Shown: positions 1-10,844, counted from the first letter of the stretch. The stretch: DNA of 52,024 nt from a virus (IMGVR_UViG_3300017913_001692:1-52024), one strand, 5' to 3'. The notes: generated from the letters alone by a model not told the origin. Numbers and translations are program-made.

Positions 1-559
1 GGGTCGTAAGCCTAAGGCATTGACTGCACTTGTTCGTAACACAGTAAACATGATTGGTTCGCATAACGTAGGACTTGTATGTACTAACCATACATACGCA
101 TCGCAAGATATGTTTGATCCAGATGATAAGATTTCAGGAGGTCAAGGCTTTATCTATGCATCTTCAATCGTTGTAGCAATGAAAAAACTAAAACTTAAAG
201 AAGATGAAGATGGTAATAAGATCAGCGAAGTGCGTGGTATTCGTGCAGGTTGTAAAGTAATGAAAACACGTTACGCAAAACCTTTTGAAGGCGTACAGGT
301 AAAGATTCCATACGAAACAGGTATGAATCCTTACAGTGGACTACTTGAACTTTTTGAGAAAAAAGGACTTATTGTTAAGTCAGGAAACAGACTTGCGTAC
401 ACAACTTTAGATGGTGAAGAGTTGCTTGACTATCGTAAGAAATGGACTGGAGAACTCCTTGACAAGGTTATGTCAGACTACCTCATAAAAGAGCAGACTA
501 AGGTAAATATCGAAGAAACTGCTGATGAAGAAGTAGTTGAAGAAGTTACTGAGGAGTAA
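1..559 (+). CDS. uvsX: UvsX/RecA-like recombinase, C-terminal part (5' truncated by window)
   Basis: GRKPKALTALVRN, TNHTY, ISGGQGFIYASSIVV, KTRYAKPF motifs of phage UvsX; followed by uvsY. Confidence 0.9.
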   Translation, partial: GRKPKALTALVRNTVNMIGSHNVGLVCTNHTYASQDMFDPDDKISGGQGFIYASSIVVAMKKLKLKEDEDGNKISEVRGIRAGCKVMKTRYAKPFEGVQVKIPYETGMNPYSGLLELFEKKGLIVKSGNRLAYTTLDGEELLDYRKKWTGELLDKVMSDYLIKEQTKVNIEETADEEVVEEVTEE

Positions 560-562
560 ACT

Positions 563-802
563 ATGGACGAAAATCATATTGTAGACATCTGGATGGTTTT
601 TAAAGATTCCGTTGATTCTAAAAAGATTGAAACTGTTGCTGAACGGTATGTAGATGTGTGTGCTGATTATGGTACAACAGATAGAGCGTTTCGTGATGCA
701 TTAGGCACATGTACAGAACTTGATGCCGCAATTAATTATTACTTAGATATTGGCGATGAATACGACGACGAAGATGACTACAACAATGAATGGGAAGACT
801 AA
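563..802 (+). CDS. acidic hypothetical protein
   Basis: GAGGAG RBS; tightly packed between uvsX and uvsY. Confidence 0.75.
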   Translation: MDENHIVDIWMVFKDSVDSKKIETVAERYVDVCADYGTTDRAFRDALGTCTELDAAINYYLDIGDEYDDEDDYNNEWED

Positions 803-1258
803 ATGGGTTGGTACTCAGAAGTAAGTAGAGATATTGGTAAGATTCCTAATGCTGTTGCATTCTTTGAAAATGAACTTGAAGAGGCAAGAGTAGAATGTAA
901 ACTTAGTGGTAACTTAGAACGTGCTTCTGCGTCTATGCCTGGTATAGTTGAGCATCGCTTTAATCAATTGCAAGAGATTGAAGCGATTCTCAACTACTTA
1001 AACATTGAGCTACGCAGATTACGTAGCCAGTATTTCAAAAAATATTTAGAAAATTATCAACGTGCTTTGTCAAGTAGAGATGTTGACAGGTATGTTGACG
1101 GTGAAGCAGACGTTGTTGATTATGAAAAGATCATCAACGAATTTGCACTGCTACGTAACAAATGGCTAGGTGTACTCAAAGCACTTGATCAAAAGCAGTG
1201 GCAAATAACAAACATCACAAAACTACGTGTAGCAGGTATGGAAGATGCTACTCTATGA
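803..1258 (+). CDS. uvsY: UvsY-like recombination mediator
   Basis: Helical 151 aa protein with YVDGE..V and KALDQKQWQI motifs; lies near uvsX. Confidence 0.75.
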   Translation: MGWYSEVSRDIGKIPNAVAFFENELEEARVECKLSGNLERASASMPGIVEHRFNQLQEIEAILNYLNIELRRLRSQYFKKYLENYQRALSSRDVDRYVDGEADVVDYEKIINEFALLRNKWLGVLKALDQKQWQITNITKLRVAGMEDATL

Positions 1259-1911
1259 TAAAAGTGGGAAATTGGTACGTACCTGACGAACATTGTCCAA
1301 AAGGTCTTGAGCAAGAACTTTTATCTAACATATTTCATTGTGCTGATCCGTTAGCAGAAGCATTTAAATACTGTAAAAAATTTGAAAATGCTATAGATGT
1401 TGGTGCCTGGGTAGGTGATTCAACACTACTAATGTCACAACAGTTTCAAAATGTTTTTGCTTTTGAAGCACTACCAGAAACTTATAATTGTTGTGTAAAA
1501 AATATTTTTGCGTATCATTTACAAAATACTATAATGTATAATGTAGGATTAAGTAACAAAATAGGTGTACAAGATTTTTATCATGGTAAAGCAGGATATG
1601 CAGGATTTATTTCAGGAAAAGAAAACACAGGATTTGATAAAACAAAAATTTTAACTTCTACACTAGACTATTACAATTTTACAGATGTTGATTTTATTAA
1701 AATAGATGTTGATAGCCACGAAGCATATGTCCTTTTAGGAGCAAAAAAGTTTTTCGAAAATAATAATCCTGTTGTTATGATGGAAAGCAAATCAAGAATT
1801 TTTGATAGACAGCCGGATGATTTGCCTGATCCACACAAAATACTAGAAGATTACGGATATATACGTATGAGTAAAATAGCAAAAGCGGACTGTGTTTATA
1901 CAAGGGAGTAA
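1255..1911 (+). CDS. FkbM-family methyltransferase
   Basis: IDVGAWVG, FEA, DFIKIDVDSHE; ATG at 1255 overlaps the uvsY stop. Confidence 0.85.
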   Translation: MIKVGNWYVPDEHCPKGLEQELLSNIFHCADPLAEAFKYCKKFENAIDVGAWVGDSTLLMSQQFQNVFAFEALPETYNCCVKNIFAYHLQNTIMYNVGLSNKIGVQDFYHGKAGYAGFISGKENTGFDKTKILTSTLDYYNFTDVDFIKIDVDSHEAYVLLGAKKFFENNNPVVMMESKSRIFDRQPDDLPDPHKILEDYGYIRMSKIAKADCVYTRE

Positions 1912-1914
1912 CAT

Positions 1915-2490
1915 ATGAAAAACAACATTAGCCAAGATTATGTTGAGCAACTTAAAGTTCTACATGATGGAAAAACTTTTGGTACAGCGGCAAGACTGCC
2001 AGAAGATTTTGTTAAGATAGTAGAAGAAAAAGGTGTCAAGAGCATATTAGATTTTGGCTGTGGCAAAGGCAATACAACTATTGCAATGCAAGAAAAATGG
2101 CCTGACATGAAAATTTATAGTTACGATCCAGTAACATCGCCAATTGATTTGCCTCAACAGGTTGATATGGTATATAGCAGTGATGTGCTAGAGCATGTTG
2201 AGCCAAATGAAATTGATCAAACATTAGACAATTTATTAAAAATTAGTAATCACCAATATCATTACATTGCTTGTCATTTAGCAAAGAAAACACTCACCGA
2301 CGGACGTAATGCACATCTTATTGTAGAACCTAGTGCTTGGTGGAAAGACAAAATTAGTAACAAACTCAACGACAGTTGGAAAATAAGTCATTCAGAAACC
2401 AGAACTAAGGTAGGAAAAACTAAAAAACCTTTTATGGGCTCTACTAGAGTTGTTCAAGAAAAGTTTCTAATCATATTAGAACGAATTTAG
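1915..2490 (+). CDS. class I SAM-dependent methyltransferase
   Basis: LDFGCGKG, DVLEHVEP, DGRNAH. Confidence 0.85.
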   Translation: MKNNISQDYVEQLKVLHDGKTFGTAARLPEDFVKIVEEKGVKSILDFGCGKGNTTIAMQEKWPDMKIYSYDPVTSPIDLPQQVDMVYSSDVLEHVEPNEIDQTLDNLLKISNHQYHYIACHLAKKTLTDGRNAHLIVEPSAWWKDKISNKLNDSWKISHSETRTKVGKTKKPFMGSTRVVQEKFLIILERI

Positions 2491-2513
2491 TATGCAGTTA
2501 ATTAAATAACTGT

Positions 2514-3293
2514 ATGAAACGTATCGTATTAGTAACCGGTGGGTTTGATCCCCTACATTCAGGACATATTGCTTACTTCAAAGCCGCAAAGAAACTTGGC
2601 GACGAATTATGGGTAGGCATAAACAGTGATGCATGGCTAGAACGTAAAAAAGGTCAAGCATTTATGCCATACGAAGAAAGATTAGAAATAATCCGCAACT
2701 TAAATATGGTAGACGACATAGCAATTTGTTACAATGATGCAGAATCAAATGATGCTTGCGGAGCAATACATCATGTAATGAATACTAGTCCAGCAGATAC
2801 AAAAATTATTTTTGCAAATGGTGGAGATAGGAAATCTGGAAATGTTCCTGAAGAAAAAATTTATGGTGACAATCCTAGAGTAGAATTTGCTTGGGGCGTA
2901 GGAGGTGATGATAAGAAAAATTCATCTAGTTGGATCTTACGTGAATGGAAAGAACCAAAAACAGAAAGACAATGGGGGTATTATAGAGTGTTACATGAAA
3001 ATGGACCTGGAGTAAAAGTTAAAGAACTTACTGTCGAACCAGGTAAAAGATTGAGTATGCAAAGGCACGAAGATCGTTCAGAGCATTGGTTTGTAAGTGA
3101 AGGAACAGCACATGTGTATACTCTAAATGTAAGTTCAGATGCTGAACTAAAAGGTATATATAACAAGCATGACAGTTTGCATATACCAGTTACTGAATGG
3201 CATCAGCTTGCTAATGAAACTGACAAACCACTTAAGATAGTGGAAATACAATACGGCACTAATTGTGTGGAGGAAGATATTGAGCGATTATAA
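2514..3293 (+). CDS. cytidylyltransferase fused to a mannose-6-phosphate isomerase-type cupin
   Basis: GGFDPLHSGH nucleotidyltransferase motif and FANGGDR; C-terminal WGYY...LSMQRH.DRSEHW..IVEIQYG..EEDIER. Confidence 0.85.
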   Translation: MKRIVLVTGGFDPLHSGHIAYFKAAKKLGDELWVGINSDAWLERKKGQAFMPYEERLEIIRNLNMVDDIAICYNDAESNDACGAIHHVMNTSPADTKIIFANGGDRKSGNVPEEKIYGDNPRVEFAWGVGGDDKKNSSSWILREWKEPKTERQWGYYRVLHENGPGVKVKELTVEPGKRLSMQRHEDRSEHWFVSEGTAHVYTLNVSSDAELKGIYNKHDSLHIPVTEWHQLANETDKPLKIVEIQYGTNCVEEDIERL

Positions 3294-4983
3294 ATTTAAA
3301 ATCTTTATTGGTTGGGACAGCAGAGAAGATATTGCTTACCAAGTATGTAAACAAAGTTTGTTAGCTAGTTGTAAGTATCCTGAACAACTAGAAATTATCC
3401 CTTTAAAACTCAAAGACTTGCAGAAAAAAGATCACTACACACGACAAGTAGATCCGCTTGCAAGCACAGAATTTACGTTCAGTAGATTTTTAATTCCTCA
3501 TCTTTGTGATTACGAAGGCTGGGCACTATTCATTGACTGTGATTTCTTATATATGGATGACGTTAGAAAACTATTCCAAGAAAGAGATGACAGATATGCA
3601 GTAATGTGTGCCCAACATGAATACCGTCCTAAAGAAGGAACAAAAATGGATGGTCAAGAGCAACATATCTATCCACGTAAGAATTGGAGTTCTATGGTAT
3701 TATGGAACTGCGGTCATCCTAGCAACAGAGCATGTAACAAAGAACTTGTAAACAATCCAGACATTTCGGGTGCATACATGCACAGATTTAGTTGGCTAGC
3801 AGATAAAGAAATTGGTGCAATATCACATGAGTGGAATTGGTTAGTAGGTTGGTATAAGGAACCTATGGACGGTAAGCCGAGAGCATTACATTATACCGAA
3901 GGTGGTCCTTGGTTTAAAGAAACACAAAAATGTGAGTATGCAGTTGACTGGATGCTTATGGAACAACGTTATCAAAAAATTAAGATGCGTGAAGAAAAAC
4001 ATAAAGAAGCAGGCGCACTTGAAAATTTATCTCCAGAAACTGAACAATTTCTTTTAGATTGTTTACAATACAAAGTTGACCCGGAAGGAAATTTTTACAA
4101 AAAAGATATTGAACATATAAAGAGAAAGGTGGAAAAGGGTATGGGAAAAGTAGCGGCTATTGACAGTGACGGCGGCATTGCATACAAGAAGATGGGCGAA
4201 TCATATGACGGCTTACTTGCCTCGTTCATACAAGGCAGTGGCGGCAAAATCAGTAACTATGATAGAGAAGAAAAAAGCGACAACGAACTAGTAATTAGAG
4301 GACTAGGCGGCGGCAGTCGTAAAGCTCTTCACTTGTGTAATAAAACAGGTAGGACATTCTACTATATTGATACAGGGTATTTTGGTAACTGGAAAAACAA
4401 ATACATCCACCGCGTTACAAAGAATCATGTACAATATCAAGGACCTATTCTTTATAGAGACAATGACAGAGCAAAACGTTTTGGTTGGAAATATAAAAAA
4501 TTTACGCCTGGAAAAAGTATTTTAATCTGCCCACCAAGTGTAAAAGTAATGAATTACTTTGGTGTAGACTTAGATGAATGGATGGCAGAAACTGTTGCTA
4601 CGATTAAAAAGCGTAGTGATAGACCTATCATAATTAGACAAAAACCTGGAAGAACAGATAGAATTTCCACAAACACAATTCAACAAGCACTACATGCAAA
4701 TGTACACTGTCTTGTAACTTACAACAGTATTGCGGCCATTGAAGCAATGATGGAAGGTAAACCTGCTATCGCAGTTGGCCCAAATGCAGCAAGTGCAATT
4801 TGTGAAACGTCACTAGATAACATTGAAAATCCAAGAGTGCCATATCGCGAAGAAATGGATGCATTCATGCACCACATAGCATATTGTCAATTTACAGTAG
4901 ATGAAATGAAGAGTGGCTTTGCCTGGAGAACAATCAATGAGAGTGACAGCATACCTCGCTGGAATCCCACAGCAGAACAATAA
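3265..4983 (+). CDS. two-domain glycosyltransferase (GT-A N-terminal domain plus KpsS/KpsC-like C-terminal domain)
   Basis: IFIGWDSRE, STEFTFSRF, DCD, YPRKNWSS, HYTEGGPW; C-terminal IIRQKP and VTYNSIAAIEAMMEGKP; exact start uncertain. Confidence 0.75.
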   Translation: MWRKILSDYKFKIFIGWDSREDIAYQVCKQSLLASCKYPEQLEIIPLKLKDLQKKDHYTRQVDPLASTEFTFSRFLIPHLCDYEGWALFIDCDFLYMDDVRKLFQERDDRYAVMCAQHEYRPKEGTKMDGQEQHIYPRKNWSSMVLWNCGHPSNRACNKELVNNPDISGAYMHRFSWLADKEIGAISHEWNWLVGWYKEPMDGKPRALHYTEGGPWFKETQKCEYAVDWMLMEQRYQKIKMREEKHKEAGALENLSPETEQFLLDCLQYKVDPEGNFYKKDIEHIKRKVEKGMGKVAAIDSDGGIAYKKMGESYDGLLASFIQGSGGKISNYDREEKSDNELVIRGLGGGSRKALHLCNKTGRTFYYIDTGYFGNWKNKYIHRVTKNHVQYQGPILYRDNDRAKRFGWKYKKFTPGKSILICPPSVKVMNYFGVDLDEWMAETVATIKKRSDRPIIIRQKPGRTDRISTNTIQQALHANVHCLVTYNSIAAIEAMMEGKPAIAVGPNAASAICETSLDNIENPRVPYREEMDAFMHHIAYCQFTVDEMKSGFAWRTINESDSIPRWNPTAEQ

Positions 4984-5872
4984 TAAAGAAAAGACTAACT
5001 GTCTTAACTTTTATATACAAGGTGTAAACGCTTGTGGAGATCAAGGTATAGTAAATCCTACTATGCAATTAGATCCATGTGATGTTGCTGTTATACAAGG
5101 ATATACACACGAAACAGGCAAACAACTTCCTCACTTACAGTTACGCAATAATGTTTTACAAAGACAACGTGAAACAAACGGACGTACATTAATCATTGAT
5201 AGTAATCTTTTCCTTTACATACCAGGCAAAGAAAATGGGCCACATCATTATCTAAGATACAGTTTTGACGGTGTGTTTAAGAACACAGGCTTTTATTTTG
5301 ATACAGAAATAGATCCAAGCCGCTGGCAGAAAATAAAACGCAATTACGGAATTGAACTTAAAGACTATCGTACAAAAGGTGAACATATACTTGTATGCCT
5401 ACAACGTAATGGCGGTTGGAGTATGCGAGGCTTACCTGTGATGCAATGGTTAGAAGAAACAATTAGGAAAATTAAAGCATTTACTGATAGACCAATTGTA
5501 GTTAGAGCTCATCCTGGAGATAAAAAAGCAATAGCCTATCTTAAAGTTAATCATCCAAATGTGCGAGTAAGCCCAATAGGAAAAAACATACCAATACAAT
5601 ATGATTTAAGACATGCGTGGGCAACTGTTACATACAACAGCAGTCCTGGTGTTGCAAGTTTAATTGAAGGTGTACCTGTGTTTATGACAGATCCAGATCC
5701 TAATTATAGTCAATACGGTGAAGTTGCAAACACAACTCTTAAAAGATTAGAAAATCCAAAGTTGCATGATAGGCAGAATTGGGTTGAACGGATTAGTATG
5801 TTCCATTGGAGTTTTCCAGAAACGCAAAGCGGTGAAGCATGGGCTCACATGCGTAACTATGTACGCCAGTAA
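4937..5872 (+). CDS. capsule-synthesis (KpsC/KpsS-like) glycosyltransferase
   Basis: LVCLQ, IVVRAHPGD, VTYNSSPGVASLIEGVPVF. Confidence 0.65.
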   Translation: MRVTAYLAGIPQQNNNKEKTNCLNFYIQGVNACGDQGIVNPTMQLDPCDVAVIQGYTHETGKQLPHLQLRNNVLQRQRETNGRTLIIDSNLFLYIPGKENGPHHYLRYSFDGVFKNTGFYFDTEIDPSRWQKIKRNYGIELKDYRTKGEHILVCLQRNGGWSMRGLPVMQWLEETIRKIKAFTDRPIVVRAHPGDKKAIAYLKVNHPNVRVSPIGKNIPIQYDLRHAWATVTYNSSPGVASLIEGVPVFMTDPDPNYSQYGEVANTTLKRLENPKLHDRQNWVERISMFHWSFPETQSGEAWAHMRNYVRQ

Positions 5873-6702
5873 TCTTCAGTGCGTTTTACCATAATGTCTG
5901 TGCGCTTACTTTTACCTGTAGTCTTACGATCACCTTTCATATGATCGATATACTTTCCTAATTCTGTATTAATTAATGGATGGCCGCCGCCGCCGGTTTT
6001 TGCTTCTTTAAGATACATGTTAGCACTGTAATCTAGTACATTAGGATATTTTTTCTTCATTAAATTTAAGATATGCCCAAACACAAAACTATCATGCCAT
6101 TCTTCTAACATGAATATTCCATTATCTGGATCTTCATAATATCTTTCAAATTCATTTAAAAATTCTCTACAAACTTTGTTTGTAGTGTTCAATCCATAGA
6201 AGCCGCATTCTGGCCAAGTCTGTGATCCTTTACCTCTACCTACATAGGTAATCCAAGTGTCTTCTGGTAACAGTCTTGCAAAATCTTCATAGCTCCAATA
6301 ACTGTGAACATATGTATCTGCGTCCATCCATACTGTCCAGTCACCATAAATGTTACATGCTTCAAATACTGCATATGTCTTGTTTGCAAAACGTATAGCG
6401 TCCCATTTGAATTTTTTATGCCAGTCTCTTGGACGCTTTGCTTTTATATTGTCCGGTGGAATACCGTTTGCTTTAGGATCATCTTTGTGTATCCATTTAA
6501 AATTCTGTAACTTAGGCAAATTTTCATCTGCGTCTAATATAGTAATACTCTCTGGATCAGGATTAATTGGTGTGCATTTTTCTGCATATACTACTAGTTT
6601 GATCCTTGAATCTACGTTCTCTGCCCAACTGTCTAAAAAACGTTGTCCGTATAATTCTAGTCCTGGTTTGTGAAAAGTGGTAACCACAGTTATGTTCTTC
6701 AT
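5857..6702 (-). CDS. GT-A glycosyltransferase
   Basis: VTTF, RFANK, WMDAD (DxD), ECGF, EWHDS, DHMKG. Confidence 0.75.
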   Translation of the reverse strand: MKNITVVTTFHKPGLELYGQRFLDSWAENVDSRIKLVVYAEKCTPINPDPESITILDADENLPKLQNFKWIHKDDPKANGIPPDNIKAKRPRDWHKKFKWDAIRFANKTYAVFEACNIYGDWTVWMDADTYVHSYWSYEDFARLLPEDTWITYVGRGKGSQTWPECGFYGLNTTNKVCREFLNEFERYYEDPDNGIFMLEEWHDSFVFGHILNLMKKKYPNVLDYSANMYLKEAKTGGGGHPLINTELGKYIDHMKGDRKTTGKSKRTDIMVKRTEDYWRT

Positions 6703-6741
6703 TACTAATCCTTTGTAAATAGCTTACAGGAGTATTTAACG

Positions 6742-7590
6742 ATGAGATTTGGTCTTTGGACAGATTATGGCGCAATGAACAGTTCAGCAGTATTTGCCGC
6801 GTTTGCAGAAGGTGCAAAAAAACAAGGGCATGAAATTGTCTTTAATAATTTAGATGCAGACGTTGCAGTGATATGGAGTTTGTTGTGGAATGGAAGAATG
6901 GCAAAAAACAAACGTATTTGGGATCATTTCCAATATAATGACAAGCCAGTTATTGTGCTAGAAGTAGGTGGAATCAAAAGAGGTGAAACTTGGAAAGTTG
7001 GTGTAAATGGCATAAACGGAGCCGCTTATTTCGGACCAAAAGGAAATGATAACACAAGAGCAAAAGAACTAGGATTAAAATTACAGCCATGGAGAGAAAA
7101 TGACGACGGCGATATTATTATATGTTGCCAACATCCAAAAAGTCATCAATGGCGAGATCAGCCTCCACTATCAAAATGGGTAGGCGAACTTATAGATAAT
7201 ATTAGATTTTACAGTGGGCGAAGAATTGTAATACGACCACATCCAAGATATCCATTAGAAGCTATAGAACACGAATGGGATAATGTACTACGTCAATTAC
7301 CAAGACATGTGCCAAACACATATGATGATTTTGATTTTGCTCCTAGAAATGCTTGGGCTGTGATAAGTTGGAACAGCAATCCAGGTCCACAAAGTGTCAT
7401 CCAAGGCATTCCTGTTTTTGTAGGACCAGAAAGTTTAGCTGCACCTGTTGGCAATTCTAATGTGCAATTTATTGAAACACCTCAACGTCCAGATAGAGAA
7501 CAATGGCTTAATGATTATGCATACACTGAATGGACCGTTGAAGAAATTAGTACAGGTCTTCCACTTAAACGCTTGACTTCTAAGTTATAA
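6742..7590 (+). CDS. capsule-synthesis (KpsC/KpsS-like) glycosyltransferase
   Basis: IICCQ, IVIRPHP, ISWNSNPG..SVIQGIPVF; resembles 4937..5872. Confidence 0.65.
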   Translation: MRFGLWTDYGAMNSSAVFAAFAEGAKKQGHEIVFNNLDADVAVIWSLLWNGRMAKNKRIWDHFQYNDKPVIVLEVGGIKRGETWKVGVNGINGAAYFGPKGNDNTRAKELGLKLQPWRENDDGDIIICCQHPKSHQWRDQPPLSKWVGELIDNIRFYSGRRIVIRPHPRYPLEAIEHEWDNVLRQLPRHVPNTYDDFDFAPRNAWAVISWNSNPGPQSVIQGIPVFVGPESLAAPVGNSNVQFIETPQRPDREQWLNDYAYTEWTVEEISTGLPLKRLTSKL

Positions 7591-7601
7591 TCAAGTATAC
7601 T
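7573..7601 (+). promoter_or_regulatory. sigma70-type promoter, leaderless configuration
   Basis: TTGACT-17-TATACT, with ATG 7608 about 6 nt downstream. Confidence 0.7.
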
Positions 7602-7607
7602 AATAAC

Positions 7608-8819
7608 ATGAAAAAAGATTACACAATAGAAGATTGTCTAAAAATACTTGCCGGCTATGACGAGCATCATGAAGTTAGCATAAGCCAACTTGAAAAAAGT
7701 GATGTTAATCTTATACAAAGTTTAGGCAGGCAAACTTGGAGAGGCACCGCTCTTACCGATAGACAGTATGACCTTGCTGTAAAAAAATGCAACGACTATA
7801 ATAATATATTTTATGATTTAGGTATAGAAAAGTCAGCATTTGAAAAATTAAAAATGCCATTACGTGAAGTTGACAGAAGTAAATGGGTACGTAAGGTAGA
7901 ACATCAAGGAGAAACAGCTCTTGGTGTAAGATTTACATTTAACAAAAAACTTATAGAATTATTAGACAAAACACGACACAAAGAAAAGGCATATGATAGG
8001 GAACAAAAAATTCATTACTTTCCTTATGACGAGCAAACACTATTCAGTATTATGCAACTACTAGAAGGCAAAAACTTTGAAGTAGAGGAAAGTTTACAAA
8101 AAGTATACGGGGAAATTTTACAAATGTATAATAATAAAAAAGAACATGTACCTGGTATATATGGTTTGAAATTAAAAAATTTTACTGACAATGCTGTAGA
8201 TTATATGGTTAATGATATAGGTGAACCTACAGAAAAAAACTTACCACTATATGCTGACAGAAAACATGTATACGGTGTAACACATATTGATGAAGATGAT
8301 CTACATAACGCTGTTGCAGGACTTTCAACACTTACTAAAAAAATAATTCAAAGACAGAACACACATATTTTTATTAATAAGAATACCTACAATTACAACA
8401 TGCTTGCAGAAAGTATGCTAGAATTATTACGGTGGCCTATTCTTGTTGTATGTAATGATAAGTTTGAATTAAATGATATACAACCGATGCATGAAACATT
8501 CAAAGGTGTGTTTCCAGAAGATGACTTTAGTGTGCTGTTTAGAAAAGAAAATGATACAGCAGAAGGACAAGAAATCAACAACTATATCAAAGATAAAAAG
8601 ATAAACGCACCACTTGACACATTTACAAAAATAGTATATATTAATGGAGATAAATTACCTAAGCCTTTGCTTGCAAGTGATTGGAAGCCAAGGGCAGTAA
8701 TTTTAAGTGGAAGCAAAATGAGCAATCAAAAATTACGTGCATATCTAAATGAGTTTGATTTAGTTATACATTATGATACTGATATCAGTCCATTCCACAG
8801 AGATGTAGAAAAGATATAA
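7608..8819 (+). CDS. hypothetical protein upstream of uvsW
   Basis: 403 aa ORF with its own promoter, abutting uvsW. Confidence 0.75.
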   Translation: MKKDYTIEDCLKILAGYDEHHEVSISQLEKSDVNLIQSLGRQTWRGTALTDRQYDLAVKKCNDYNNIFYDLGIEKSAFEKLKMPLREVDRSKWVRKVEHQGETALGVRFTFNKKLIELLDKTRHKEKAYDREQKIHYFPYDEQTLFSIMQLLEGKNFEVEESLQKVYGEILQMYNNKKEHVPGIYGLKLKNFTDNAVDYMVNDIGEPTEKNLPLYADRKHVYGVTHIDEDDLHNAVAGLSTLTKKIIQRQNTHIFINKNTYNYNMLAESMLELLRWPILVVCNDKFELNDIQPMHETFKGVFPEDDFSVLFRKENDTAEGQEINNYIKDKKINAPLDTFTKIVYINGDKLPKPLLASDWKPRAVILSGSKMSNQKLRAYLNEFDLVIHYDTDISPFHRDVEKI

Positions 8820-10283
8820 ATGGCAACCTGTAGACTTATTATTGAAGATGAAGTAAACATCAAACTAGAAGGACTAGAAGTAGATGTACGCAGAAAGCTC
8901 TCAAATGCTCTCAAGTTTGAGGTGCCTTATGCAAGATATATGCCTCAGTACAAACTTGGAAGATGGGACGGTAAAGTTGCTTTCTTTGGTATTGGCGGTT
9001 CTGGCTATGTTAATCATCTCGATACTATTGTCGAAGTGCTTACTAAACAAGGTGTTGAAATAGTTGATATTGATGACAGGCGACATCCAGTCAAACTTAA
9101 CTTTCAACCCATTACTGAAAACTATTGGAAGGATCAAGATGTACGTTGGCCTAAAGGACATCCTGCCGAGGGCGAACATATTGTACTACGAGATTATCAA
9201 GTTGAGGCGATAAATAATTTTTTAAACACTCCACAAAGCCTACAAGAAATTGCAACTGGCGCAGGAAAAACTATTACAACTGCGACACTAAGTCATATAG
9301 CGGAAGAACATGGACGAACACTTGTCATTGTACCAAACAAAAGTCTTGTCACTCAAACTGAAGAGGATTACATCAATTGCGGGCTGGACGTCGGCGTATA
9401 CTTCGGTGATAGGAAAGAGTTGGGAAAAACTCACACAATTTGCACATGGCAGTCACTAAACATTCTAGATAAAAAGTTCAAGGATGGTGATGCTGTATTA
9501 AGTCTTGCAGAATTTTTAGAAGGTGTAAGTACAATAATTATTGACGAAGTACACCAAGCAAAAGCAGAAGTATTGAAAAACTTGCTGACACGCAACCTAC
9601 GCAACGCACCTATACGCTGGGGGCTAACAGGCACTATTCCAAAAGAACGTTTTGAGTTTGAAAGCATACACGCAAGTATTGGGCCTGTTATAGGTCAAAT
9701 CAGTGCAAAAGAGTTACAAGACAAAGGCGTATTATCACAGTGTCATGTAAACATTGTACAACTTGTTGACACACAAGTACACAGAGATTATCAGTCTGAA
9801 CTAAAATATCTAGTTACAAATGAAGCTAGAGTAGCATACCTAGGCAAACTTCTCAACAAAGTAAAACAAGATGGTAATACACTTATACTTGTTGATCGTA
9901 TTAGTGCAGGCGAAATGCTACAAGAACTTATTCCAGGATCAACATTTGTTAAAGGTGATGTTAAATTAAAAGACAGAAAGGAAGCATACGATGAAATCAA
10001 TGAAGGAACTAACCATGTGGTTATCGCAACCTATGGAGTTGCGGCGGTGGGAATTAATATTCCTCGCATTTTTAATCTCGTCCTTATTGAGCCTGGCAAG
10101 TCTTTTGTAAGGGTAATACAGTCAATCGGCAGAGGCGTTCGCAAAGCCAAAGACAAAGACTTTGTACAGATATGGGACTTAACAAGTACCTGTAAATTTG
10201 CAAAGCGACATCTAACACAACGTAAGAAGTTTTACAAAGAAGCACAGTATCCATTTACAATAGAGAAAGTAGATTGGCAATAA
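8820..10283 (+). CDS. uvsW: UvsW-like SF2 DNA helicase
   Basis: LRDYQ, ATGAGKT, DEVH, GLTGT, QSIGRGVR. Confidence 0.9.
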   Translation: MATCRLIIEDEVNIKLEGLEVDVRRKLSNALKFEVPYARYMPQYKLGRWDGKVAFFGIGGSGYVNHLDTIVEVLTKQGVEIVDIDDRRHPVKLNFQPITENYWKDQDVRWPKGHPAEGEHIVLRDYQVEAINNFLNTPQSLQEIATGAGKTITTATLSHIAEEHGRTLVIVPNKSLVTQTEEDYINCGLDVGVYFGDRKELGKTHTICTWQSLNILDKKFKDGDAVLSLAEFLEGVSTIIIDEVHQAKAEVLKNLLTRNLRNAPIRWGLTGTIPKERFEFESIHASIGPVIGQISAKELQDKGVLSQCHVNIVQLVDTQVHRDYQSELKYLVTNEARVAYLGKLLNKVKQDGNTLILVDRISAGEMLQELIPGSTFVKGDVKLKDRKEAYDEINEGTNHVVIATYGVAAVGINIPRIFNLVLIEPGKSFVRVIQSIGRGVRKAKDKDFVQIWDLTSTCKFAKRHLTQRKKFYKEAQYPFTIEKVDWQ

Positions 10284-10287
10284 ATGG

Positions 10288-10316
10288 TTGACATTTTGGT
10301 AAGTCTTTGTTATACT
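10288..10316 (+). promoter_or_regulatory. sigma70-type promoter
   Basis: TTGACA-17-TATACT upstream of an AAGGA RBS. Confidence 0.7.
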
Positions 10317-10337
10317 TTATAAAATTAAGGATAATAC

Positions 10338-10844
10338 ATGCATATACTGAGTTTAGAAAACAAAGCGTTTTCACTTACTAATTTACCTGATGAACTTGAA
10401 GATGATGTACGTTTTGCAATACTGGACAACAGCGACCCTAAAGAGCCAGACTTCTTTTTCATTCCCCTAATATTTTTAGAATCATTTAGTTCACCTGCAA
10501 TGGTAATGGAAATTAACGGCAAAGAAATTATGATGCCAGTTGATTGGAGCATTGCTGTTGGAGATAGTCAAACTGGAATGGACTTAGAAATACTTCCGCT
10601 AACTAGTATAAACGACAGAGGGTTCCAATCATTCTTATTCAATCCTCTTACAAGTTACAAAATAGAATTTGGTAGTATTGAGATAACAAATTTTTATAAT
10701 GACGTTAAATGGTACTTCCCAAAACTTAAGAACGGACAGTTACTAGGAGTTCCTATTACAGAAGGAGAAAATCCTTTGTGTGCATATTTCATCAAAGACA
10801 TAAGCAGACAAAGTGAATTGATTGACTACGGCAAACTACTATGA
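10338..10844 (+). CDS. hypothetical protein, possible degenerate Hint-like fold
   Basis: Clear ORF with RBS; fold call is inference from residue pattern. Confidence 0.7.
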   Translation: MHILSLENKAFSLTNLPDELEDDVRFAILDNSDPKEPDFFFIPLIFLESFSSPAMVMEINGKEIMMPVDWSIAVGDSQTGMDLEILPLTSINDRGFQSFLFNPLTSYKIEFGSIEITNFYNDVKWYFPKLKNGQLLGVPITEGENPLCAYFIKDISRQSELIDYGKLL

